The notes below the pieces were generated by a model. It had not been told where the DNA came from, did no database searches, and was given only the letters and a program-made list of their open reading frames with translations. 17,234 nt of DNA, from UHGV virus genome UHGV-0178561; one strand, written 5' to 3'. The translations under genes were made by a program, and so were the position numbers. This document shows, in pieces, positions 1-6,707 of the stretch. The number at the start of each line of letters is the position of its first letter. Within the stretch, counting starts at the first letter, position 1. The stretch comes from a virus.

Positions 1-2224
1 TTTCAAATTTATAGGGGAATAAGTCACTAAATGAAAATGCACCAACTTCACTTTCAATATATAAGATATCATCGTCATTCACATCATCATATTCTTGTCT
101 TGCTTGTTTTAAAACATCTTCTTTTCTATCTTCCAATGATTTTGTAAAGTAAAAATCATAGGGTGTGCCTTTTTCTATATATGTTTTTGATGGATAAATC
201 GATATGGTTCTTTGTTCGTTATAAATCGATTTATTGTTATACACAATGGCTTTATGGTGAAAATCATTTTTGATAAAATTTTCGAACGTTTGATTTTTAT
301 TAAATGCATCTAAAGGTATACCTGCACTTGCAATTTTAATGGTTTCATCTTCTTTTTGGTAGGCGTACTTTTTATGATTGAGTACATACATTTTTTTAAT
401 GACGTGATTTTCAATGTCCCACTTACCTAAGGCAATAGGGTCAAATAAATCATGATTGATTTTATGTTTGATTTTAGATTTTAAATATAAACTGTCTGTA
501 TCGCAATATATAAAACATTCATCTATTTCAGATTGCGTTAATGATTGCAAAGGCTCAAGTAAATTATAAAGGGCTTGTGATGTTACAAATGTAGAAAATA
601 ATAAATTACGTTCACTGTTTTTATATCCATTTTCATGATTAACAATAAATCCATCTTCATCACGTCTAAACAAATTAAAATGTGAACGTAATGCAGGTAT
701 ACCATAAAGACCATTTAAAACAACTTTACTTAACATGATTTCTTCTTTGGAATAGGTATGTGTATTAACTTCATCTATAATTTTGTAGTCATAAGGTGAA
801 TCCATAATGATTTTTTTATCCAGTTTACCTTGTGTTTTTATAAAATAATTATGATGAATAATATCACGTGCACCAAAGTATTCACATTCATAGCACACAA
901 AAGCAAACACTTTTATTTTGTCAAAAGTTAAACCCGTTAAATCTCGAATCATGCGTAAAGTGTTTGTATTTATATTAACAAACTTTTTATCATTATTGTA
1001 GTATTTAACTAAACATTGTTTAATTAAATCACTTTCAATATTTCGTAATATGGTACGATTAAACGTGACCTTATCCATTTTATAAAGTGAATAAACATCT
1101 CTATTATCTAACTCCACATGAATTGAGGTCGGTTTCTCAAATTCATCAAAATCATATATATACATCGGTAACTTTTCATGGTACATCACATAAGGATAAC
1201 TACTATTGATGTCAATTGAAAAACATTCCTCATCAATAATGGTATCTACATAACGTGAATTATACATATTTAAACCACCACGATAGAATCCTTTGATAAA
1301 ATCGTAAAAGTTCATATCAAAAAAAGTAAAATCCGTATATGATATTTTTTGTTTACCTTTTTTATTTAATAATTGTAGTCGTGTTGTTTCATTATTAATA
1401 TAGCTTTTCATGATATTCACACTAAAGGTCATGGCACTATAATCAAATCCTGGAAATATATCACTATAATGGATATGACACATACCTAGAATAATAACGT
1501 CATTACGAATATAAGTCATTTGTGATTCTGTGAGTTGTTTAAAACATTCATAAGCATAATCATAGGCTTGTGTGTCTGTCATATCATGTTCAACATCAAA
1601 CACATCATATTCAAAATCAGTTTTTAACTCATCTTCACTGATAAACCCACCGTCTTTGAGCTTTTTACCGAGTGTAGCTATTGATGTATTGGTTTTCATG
1701 AAATTATCTATAATATTAAACTTAAAACCTTTTAAATACATCATTAAATCTAAATTAATACTTGATTTAACACGTTTTTCTAATATAACATTGATTTCTT
1801 TAGATAATAATTTTGCTTCATTGATATTAACTGTATTTGAATTATCATCAGCACTTTTCATATATAAATTTTCAATAATTAAATCATCACCAAAAAAATT
1901 TTGTGTATCGTGTAGTAGAAAGTGATTATCATATTTATTACAATTATGTGCGATCATATTGATTGTTGTTTGTGATTTTGTTATTGTATCACGTCTTTGT
2001 GCATATTCAAAAAAAGACTGATAAAAGGCTTTAAAACTTGGAAAAACTTCAACATCAATATGCTCGCCATCATAACAACCAATCGCGACAGAATATGTCA
2101 CATTTTTATATTTTGTAGGTTTTTGCGTGCCTTCTATTTTATTATAGTTTAATGTTTCTATATCCCAATAAAGATACATATTTTTTTGACCTTTATTTTT
2201 TTGCATTGCTTCTAATAATCCCAT
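1..2224 (-). CDS. Protein-primed family-B DNA polymerase (phi29 gp2-like), partial; the 3' end of the gene lies beyond the window start
   Basis: One continuous minus-strand frame from ATG at 2224 with no stop down to position 1. An AGAGGTG Shine-Dalgarno sits 5 nt upstream of the ATG. The translation carries the expected motifs in order: ExoI (YLYWDIETL), ExoII (HNCNKYDNHF), ExoIII (YIRNDVIIL, near-identical to phi29 YIKNDIQII), motif A (DINSSYP), motif B (KVVLNGLYG), motif C (YCDTDS) and KxY (KKYAY). Confidence 0.9.
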   Translation of the reverse strand, partial: MGLLEAMQKNKGQKNMYLYWDIETLNYNKIEGTQKPTKYKNVTYSVAIGCYDGEHIDVEVFPSFKAFYQSFFEYAQRRDTITKSQTTINMIAHNCNKYDNHFLLHDTQNFFGDDLIIENLYMKSADDNSNTVNINEAKLLSKEINVILEKRVKSSINLDLMMYLKGFKFNIIDNFMKTNTSIATLGKKLKDGGFISEDELKTDFEYDVFDVEHDMTDTQAYDYAYECFKQLTESQMTYIRNDVIILGMCHIHYSDIFPGFDYSAMTFSVNIMKSYINNETTRLQLLNKKGKQKISYTDFTFFDMNFYDFIKGFYRGGLNMYNSRYVDTIIDEECFSIDINSSYPYVMYHEKLPMYIYDFDEFEKPTSIHVELDNRDVYSLYKMDKVTFNRTILRNIESDLIKQCLVKYYNNDKKFVNINTNTLRMIRDLTGLTFDKIKVFAFVCYECEYFGARDIIHHNYFIKTQGKLDKKIIMDSPYDYKIIDEVNTHTYSKEEIMLSKVVLNGLYGIPALRSHFNLFRRDEDGFIVNHENGYKNSERNLLFSTFVTSQALYNLLEPLQSLTQSEIDECFIYCDTDSLYLKSKIKHKINHDLFDPIALGKWDIENHVIKKMYVLNHKKYAYQKEDETIKIASAGIPLDAFNKNQTFENFIKNDFHHKAIVYNNKSIYNEQRTISIYPSKTYIEKGTPYDFYFTKSLEDRKEDVLKQARQEYDDVNDDDILYIESEVGAFSFSDLFPYKFE

Positions 2225-2247
2225 GTCTACACCTCTAATCAAAAATC

Positions 2248-2275
2248 ATTATACCATAAAAGAAGCAACATGTAA
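2248..2275 (-). promoter_or_regulatory. Candidate promoter for the DNA polymerase gene: TTACAT - 16 nt - TGgTATAAT (extended -10)
   Basis: On the minus strand, extended -10 TGGTATAAT (plus 2248-2256) with TTACAT (plus 2270-2275), in the 56-nt gap between the ATPase stop and the polymerase Shine-Dalgarno. Confidence 0.4.
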
Positions 2276-2280
2276 AAAAA

Positions 2281-3540
2281 TTACACATTGCTCATAAATG
2301 ATTTGACTAGATTTTTTTTGGTACGTTCAATGTAATTATCATAATACATTTTTTCTTTTTGTTCAAAAGGTTTGTATCCTTTTTTGTTACGTTCTGTTTT
2401 TAAATGATATTTGATGATTTTATTCATATTTAAGTATATGAAATCATCTTCATTTAATATAAATGATTTACTGTAAGCATTATCAAAATGAAGATTTGAG
2501 GGGTTATAATAACGCTTGGAATGATTTTCTTTATAGAATGAATCTTTTAAAAACAGTGCACCATGTTCAACATCTGACACATCTGTACAAAACTGGTAAT
2601 TGTCTGCATAAGGCACGACTTTAATATTAGTTTGATAATCATTCAAGTGATACATCACTTTAATAAAATTGTAAGGGGTTTTAATATAGAAAAAGTTTCC
2701 ATTACTTGATATATGCTTACGCAACGCATCATCAGCTAAATTAAATGTATTGAAATCAAATTCACCCGTTGTCATTGAATCGTTATCTGAGTTAAAAGCG
2801 CGTGTGTTTCGATTTTCGTTTGAATGTTCGTTTCTTCTCATCTCTAACATGATATTGCCATACTGACGCTTACTATTCATCGCAAATTTTGAGTGATGTT
2901 GCAACTGTTCATATATATTTAAGTTAGAAAGTAGGGGACTTGAAAAGTTTACCGCATTACCTAACAAGACAATCTTTGGTATTTTAATATAATCAATATT
3001 CCCATGGTTTCTATCTATCGATTCATAAATGGTTTTTAACTTTTCCCACTCATCTATCAAATAGTCACTTTCTAATGCTAGAAACTCATCGTATATGATA
3101 ATTGGGAAGTTCTTCATAAAGTTAGAATGATATTTTAAATCTGTTGCGTTATTGAGATGTGTAATAATCCCTATTTCTTTATCACCATAACCCACGGCAA
3201 TATAGTCTTGTGTGTTTCTAAAGAATAGCTCATTATCGTTAAAATGTTTTTGTTCGATACAAATACGTTCTAATAGTTCCCTGTAAGCATCACGCAATGT
3301 ATGATGTCTTGCTAGTAGCGTAAATTTGATGTCTAAATCAATGGCTAGCTTCATAAAAAATGCGACATAGTTGAATGTTTTTCCATCTGACCTATTAGAT
3401 ATGGAAATTAAAAAATCAATATCTAAATTCATTAAATCATCAGCAAGCTCAATTTGGTTATATTGCTTTGGAATAGATCGTCTAAACTTAGTTACAAAAT
3501 TTTGATAATCTTTGACCTCATTCAATCGTGACTTTTTCAT
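2281..3540 (-). CDS. DNA encapsidation (packaging) ATPase, phi29 gp16-like
   Basis: The six-frame ORF is 2281..3591. The likely true start is ATG 3540, preceded by AAGGAGGG 5-6 nt upstream. It has a Walker A-like SNRSDGKT, a Walker B IIYDEF (phi29 IVFDEF) and LGNAVNFSSPLL, which matches phi29 LSNAVSVVNPYF. At about 419 aa it is roughly 90 aa longer than phi29 gp16. Confidence 0.85.
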   Translation of the reverse strand: MKKSRLNEVKDYQNFVTKFRRSIPKQYNQIELADDLMNLDIDFLISISNRSDGKTFNYVAFFMKLAIDLDIKFTLLARHHTLRDAYRELLERICIEQKHFNDNELFFRNTQDYIAVGYGDKEIGIITHLNNATDLKYHSNFMKNFPIIIYDEFLALESDYLIDEWEKLKTIYESIDRNHGNIDYIKIPKIVLLGNAVNFSSPLLSNLNIYEQLQHHSKFAMNSKRQYGNIMLEMRRNEHSNENRNTRAFNSDNDSMTTGEFDFNTFNLADDALRKHISSNGNFFYIKTPYNFIKVMYHLNDYQTNIKVVPYADNYQFCTDVSDVEHGALFLKDSFYKENHSKRYYNPSNLHFDNAYSKSFILNEDDFIYLNMNKIIKYHLKTERNKKGYKPFEQKEKMYYDNYIERTKKNLVKSFMSNV

Positions 3541-3571
3541 GTTGTCCCTCCTTACTTGAATAATAATCAAT

Positions 3572-3586
3572 AATATCTTGGATATT
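3572..3586. repeat. 15-nt near-perfect palindrome AATATCTTGGATATT upstream of the packaging ATPase gene
   Basis: Six Watson-Crick pairs plus one G-T wobble around a central T. It lies in the 58-nt gap between ORF 3599..4111 and the ATPase Shine-Dalgarno, next to a TTGAAA hexamer on the minus strand. Confidence 0.5.
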
Positions 3587-3598
3587 TTCAAACATATT

Positions 3599-4111
3599 TT
3601 AACCTACCCGTCTCACGTAATAAACCACGTTATATTTCACTTGTTTTTTATTGACAATATCTGGTACTTTCGTTGCTTCTGCGAGTTCCTCAAATAGATT
3701 TTCCGTTGATTTAATAAAGTGTGATATTTCTTGTGACCCGTCATTTTCTTTGACGGCTTCTTGGAATAGGTGACGTTTGTGCATATTCCCTTTTTCTTCC
3801 CAGTCATAGTCAAGTTGTTTATATACATTTTCTATATTAGTCAATTTTTCTTGATTTTTTCCACTCACTAAACTTTTTGCATCAATATAAGCTATCTTTT
3901 TTGGTTTAGGCAATTTGACTTTTCCTTTTTCTACAAATAGATTATTAAATTTATTATATTCATGTATATATTCTTTTTGTAACTCCTCATCATCAAATAA
4001 AAAAACAAAACCGTCACGTTCATACGTTGATTGATTTTTAGTTGTTGCATTACGAAACGCATTTGAACGTGCAATGCGATTACTTTTATTACCTTTATTA
4101 CCTCTTGCCAT
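3599..4111 (-). CDS. Hypothetical early protein with a strongly basic N-terminus (MARGNKGNKSNRIARSNAFR...); candidate DNA-binding or terminal protein
   Basis: ORF 3599..4120. The preferred start is ATG 4111 with AAGAGGTG 6 nt upstream. It is co-oriented with the replication genes. No motif I can assign. Confidence 0.55.
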   Translation of the reverse strand: MARGNKGNKSNRIARSNAFRNATTKNQSTYERDGFVFLFDDEELQKEYIHEYNKFNNLFVEKGKVKLPKPKKIAYIDAKSLVSGKNQEKLTNIENVYKQLDYDWEEKGNMHKRHLFQEAVKENDGSQEISHFIKSTENLFEELAEATKVPDIVNKKQVKYNVVYYVRRVG

Positions 4112-4123
4112 TAAATACACCTC

Positions 4124-4582
4124 TTAATCTTGATGTGGATATGTACCACTTGCTCTATTATGTGGATAAATATGTTTGTTTTGATTTGCTTCATATTCAA
4201 ATTCATGATACATATATTCATCAATCAGTTTTCCGTCTTTATAAATCAATATATGTGAATCATCATCATTAATAATCCATATATTGGTTGTCGTATTTAA
4301 AAATAACAAATCATTAATAGACATATCAAAATGTTCACGATAATTTGAATACACATCTTTTTCTAAAAAATGTGTGAGTGATGTATCAAGTGTAATTTCT
4401 TGTGTCTCAGTCACATTAAATAAATCATTTTTATTAATAATATAAGTTTCAACAACAGCGCCGTGATCGAATATGACATAAGAACCATTATTAGAATGAA
4501 ACTTTTCATTTTTGATATCATTACGCCATACCCAGTCTACTAATTCATTTAAATGTAACTTCATTTGGTGATTAATTATCAT
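4124..4582 (-). CDS. Hypothetical early protein (about 152 aa)
   Basis: ORF 4124..4597. The preferred start is ATG 4582 with GAGGG 7 nt upstream. This start overlaps the stop of the upstream gene (ATGATAATTAA), which suggests translational coupling. Confidence 0.5.
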   Translation of the reverse strand: MIINHQMKLHLNELVDWVWRNDIKNEKFHSNNGSYVIFDHGAVVETYIINKNDLFNVTETQEITLDTSLTHFLEKDVYSNYREHFDMSINDLLFLNTTTNIWIINDDDSHILIYKDGKLIDEYMYHEFEYEANQNKHIYPHNRASGTYPHQD

Positions 4583-4817
4583 AGTAATTTCCCTCACTTT
4601 CTAAATCATTAAGAATTCTTGTGATTTCAAATAAAGCATATTCCAATTTTTCTCTTTGTTCTTTTGTTAAATCATAATCATTAAGTGCATTAACGATATT
4701 ATAATAGGCTTTAATTAAATTCATATAGTCACTCCTTTTATAATTGACTATTGAAACCACTAATAAAGCAATTATACCATATAAAAATAATCCGATTGTA
4801 ACAATAGTACCAAACAT
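4572..4817 (-). CDS. Small membrane-anchored early protein with one N-terminal TM helix and a cytoplasmic helical domain
   Basis: ORF 4572..4826 (GTG). The preferred start is ATG 4817 with GGAG 8 nt upstream. The N-terminus FGTIVTIGLFLYGIIALLVVSIV is a hydrophobic helix followed by KRSDY and a charged helical tail. Confidence 0.55.
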   Translation of the reverse strand: MFGTIVTIGLFLYGIIALLVVSIVNYKRSDYMNLIKAYYNIVNALNDYDLTKEQREKLEYALFEITRILNDLESEGNYYDN

Positions 4818-4830
4818 ATTTATCACTCCA

Positions 4831-4858
4831 TAATAAAAAAGGAGGCATTGCCCCCTTT
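4831..4858 (-). terminator. Intrinsic terminator-like hairpin inside the early operon, minus-strand orientation
   Basis: Minus-strand RNA AAAGGGGGCAAUGCCUCCUUUUUUAUU: a stem of about 8 bp with one mismatch, a 5-nt loop and a U-tract. It is probably leaky, because the downstream gene's Shine-Dalgarno follows with no promoter in between. Confidence 0.5.
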
Positions 4859-4909
4859 ATTTAAATTTTTAAAATGGTATATCATCATTATCCCACTGTT
4901 GGTTATTTT

Positions 4910-4947
4910 GAGCGAACGGGTTGCGTCGCTCGTTTTCTACTTTTTTT
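4910..4947 (+). terminator. GC-rich hairpin plus U-tract oriented on the plus strand, antisense to the early genes
   Basis: GAGCGA(A)CG-GGTTG-CGTCGCTC is an 8-bp stem with one bulge, followed by GTTTTCTACTTTTTTT. It sits 6 nt beyond the stop of ORF 4937..5329, in a 110-nt non-coding spacer. Confidence 0.4.
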
Positions 4948-5329
4948 CAGATTGCGCCTCTTTTTGTCCTTTTTCACTTGGTACTAAATTAATACCATGT
5001 GATATACGATTATATTTTTTAGATTCAAATTCATAAATTTCAAAATCGAATAAACGATCATTAATGGCTTCAACCATTTCAGCGTCTTGTCTCATGTCCT
5101 CAATCATTTCTGTTAAGTGTTGAGGTAGGTTGACAATATAATCATCACTAATGATGACACCTTGATCACCAAATTTACCTTTTGTGTTGATGAATAATGC
5201 TTCAATAGGGTAGGTTTTTGATGAATCTAATTCACCTAATTTAATGTAATCTCTTTCTTTTTCATTGTCATAATCGAATTTTGCGCCACCATTTGAATAT
5301 TTGTTTAATAAATCTTTTACATTTGCCAT
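4937..5329 (-). CDS. Hypothetical acidic early protein (130 aa), lysine-rich at the C-terminus; SSB-like role possible but unsupported
   Basis: ATG 5329 with AAAGGAG 9 nt upstream. TAG stop at 4939-4937 is followed by structured non-coding RNA. Confidence 0.6.
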   Translation of the reverse strand: MANVKDLLNKYSNGGAKFDYDNEKERDYIKLGELDSSKTYPIEALFINTKGKFGDQGVIISDDYIVNLPQHLTEMIEDMRQDAEMVEAINDRLFDFEIYEFESKKYNRISHGINLVPSEKGQKEAQSEKK

Positions 5330-5343
5330 TGTTAATTGCTCCT

Positions 5344-5559
5344 TTATACTTGTATTTGTAATAATTCATCATATGAAACTGTAATGATTTTTGATGTTCT
5401 TCTACAATCTAATAATGTATGACCTTCTGGAATATGTTCTAATATTTCACGTTTTGTTATTCTGTAATCTTGTTTAGGAATAAAAAAATCATATTTTTCA
5501 TGTCTATCATTTTTTGCATAAATCGTAAAACCTTTAATTTCAATATCAATATAATTCAC
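5344..5559 (-). CDS. Hypothetical small early protein (71 aa)
   Basis: GTG start at 5559 with a strong GGAGGTGG Shine-Dalgarno 7 nt upstream. A candidate internal promoter sits immediately upstream. Confidence 0.5.
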   Translation of the reverse strand: MNYIDIEIKGFTIYAKNDRHEKYDFFIPKQDYRITKREILEHIPEGHTLLDCRRTSKIITVSYDELLQIQV

Positions 5560-5575
5560 ATAACCACCTCCATTT

Positions 5576-5603
5576 ATTATATTTTAGTAGAATATAGTAT
5601 CAA
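5576..5603 (-). promoter_or_regulatory. Candidate internal early promoter: TTGATA - 16 nt - TATAAT
   Basis: On the minus strand, -35 TTGATA (plus 5598-5603) and -10 TATAAT (plus 5576-5581), immediately upstream of the GGAGG and GTG of ORF 5344..5559. Confidence 0.45.
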
Positions 5604-5612
5604 ATCAGTTCA

Positions 5613-5885
5613 TTAGAATATGTGTACGTTGTAGTTGTAATAAAACCCTTTATAATATTGCCATTGGTCTAAACCATCGTCACCTGCTAAATATCTTAAT
5701 AATGATTTATCTTCATTTTCATCATTGAGATATTTTAATACAGGTTCGTTGTAATCAAGTAGTAAACGTTGTGTTGCTACAAGTAAATTGTTTGCATTTT
5801 CTGAAGTATAGAAATCATTCCATTGTTGTAATAAATTAAATAGTTGTAACATTTCCGTATAAGCTTGACGTTTTTCTGGTATCAC
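5613..5885 (-). CDS. Hypothetical small acidic early protein (90 aa); first gene of the leftward early operon
   Basis: GTG start at 5885 with GGAGG 9 nt upstream. It lies directly downstream of the consensus promoter TTGCAA-17-TATAAT. Confidence 0.55.
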   Translation of the reverse strand: MIPEKRQAYTEMLQLFNLLQQWNDFYTSENANNLLVATQRLLLDYNEPVLKYLNDENEDKSLLRYLAGDDGLDQWQYYKGFYYNYNVHIF

Positions 5886-5916
5886 TTTACCTAACCTCCA
5901 TTTCTAACTTATTTAC

Positions 5917-5945
5917 ATTATATAATAGGTGTGAATTTTTTGCAA
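5917..5945 (-). promoter_or_regulatory. Strong sigma-A-type early promoter, leftward: TTGCAA - 17 nt - TATAAT
   Basis: On the minus strand, -35 TTGCAA (plus 5940-5945), a 17-nt spacer, and -10 TATAAT (plus 5917-5922). The first early gene's GGAGG and GTG start lie about 30 nt downstream. Confidence 0.65.
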
Positions 5946-5963
5946 TAGTTTTGGTGATATTTT

Positions 5964-6000
5964 TGAAAAAAATTTACATTACATATTTAATAGAAATAAT
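5964..6000 (+). promoter_or_regulatory. Candidate tandem rightward promoters: TTGAAA-16-TTTAAT and TTTACA-16-AATAAT
   Basis: Overlapping -35/-10 pairs on the plus strand within the divergent intergenic region. Both -10 elements are imperfect. Confidence 0.3.
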
Positions 6001-6084
6001 GATCGTTTCTTATTCATAATCCATAGTTTAATTTTGAAACATTGCGAGACGAATTTCAAGTTAAAGGTCGACATACTTTCAAAA

Positions 6085-6115
6085 TTTACACATTAATTTA
6101 TTTTTATGTTATAAT
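6085..6115 (+). promoter_or_regulatory. Candidate late promoter: TTTACA - 19 nt - TGtTATAAT (extended -10)
   Basis: A perfect -10 with an upstream TG (6107-6115), about 50 nt upstream of the first late gene's Shine-Dalgarno and ATG (6165). The -35 is suboptimally spaced, as in activator-dependent phi29-type late promoters. Confidence 0.5.
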
Positions 6116-6164
6116 TGTCATAGGCAAATATTGATTAAAAATTATAAAAAGAGGTGTAAATAAA

Positions 6165-6488
6165 ATGGCAGAAGAAGAAAAAATTATCAAAGAAGAACCT
6201 GAAACAGAAACAACTGAAAAACCAGAAAAAATTGAAAGTGCAGAAGATGTTGTCACTGAACCAGAAAAAGAAACAACTGAAGAAAAATCAGAGGCTTTTG
6301 TTCAATTAGAGCAACGTATTTCTTCTTTAGAACAAAGATTAAATAACTTAGAAACACAAGAGCAACCATCACAAGATTCAAGTGACCCAAACTTTGAAGA
6401 TAAAACAGAACCTACAGAAGTTGATGACGATCAAGAAACAGATGGTATTGAATCAAGTGAAGAAATTAAAGAAATGTTAAATTTATAA
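6165..6488 (+). CDS. Acidic coiled-coil protein (107 aa); scaffold-like or inner-core-like, as phi29 gp7
   Basis: AAAGAGGTG lies 8 nt upstream of the ATG. The protein is very acidic with a central heptad-like segment, LEQRISSLEQRLNNLETQEQ. It is the first gene of the late operon, immediately before the capsid gene. Confidence 0.6.
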   Translation: MAEEEKIIKEEPETETTEKPEKIESAEDVVTEPEKETTEEKSEAFVQLEQRISSLEQRLNNLETQEQPSQDSSDPNFEDKTEPTEVDDDQETDGIESSEEIKEMLNL

Positions 6489-6500
6489 GGAGTGAAAAAT

Positions 6501-6692
6501 ATGGGTGTATTTGGCGGTAATGAAATGCGTGGTATGACACATGCTAATTATGAAGATTCACGTTTAAATAAATCAAGAGAATTAAACGAAAATATGAGTA
6601 TTGCAACATCAAAATCAGAAGATGAATACGGACAACAAGTTCATTCATTATCAAAACAATCATATACTGATGATTCAGTACAAGATGTATAA
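6501..6692 (+). CDS. Small hydrophilic protein (63 aa); possibly a minor virion protein
   Basis: ORF 6492..6692 (GTG). The preferred start is ATG 6501 with AAGGAG 7-8 nt upstream. It sits between the scaffold-like and capsid genes. Confidence 0.4.
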   Translation: MGVFGGNEMRGMTHANYEDSRLNKSRELNENMSIATSKSEDEYGQQVHSLSKQSYTDDSVQDV

Positions 6693-6707
6693 GGAGGAAA
6701 TTAAATA

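Noticed and set aside
1572-1925. 117-aa plus-strand ORF (MSVISCSTSNTSYS...) in the six-frame track
   Set aside because: It lies entirely antisense within the well-supported DNA polymerase gene. The product is Ser/Ile-rich and low-complexity, and there is no Shine-Dalgarno. It is a chance frame in AT-rich DNA.
4848-5036. 62-aa plus-strand ORF spanning the early intergenic hairpins
   Set aside because: It runs through two RNA hairpins and into the antisense of ORF 4937-5329, and it has no Shine-Dalgarno. The region is better explained as structured non-coding sequence.
5999-6085. Possible pRNA-like structured RNA in the long divergent intergenic region, around the segment containing GTCGAC
   Set aside because: Only weak, mismatched stems could be drawn, such as GAAAC...GAATTTC. 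There is no terminator and no convincing three-way-junction potential. The region is better explained by promoters and regulator-binding DNA.
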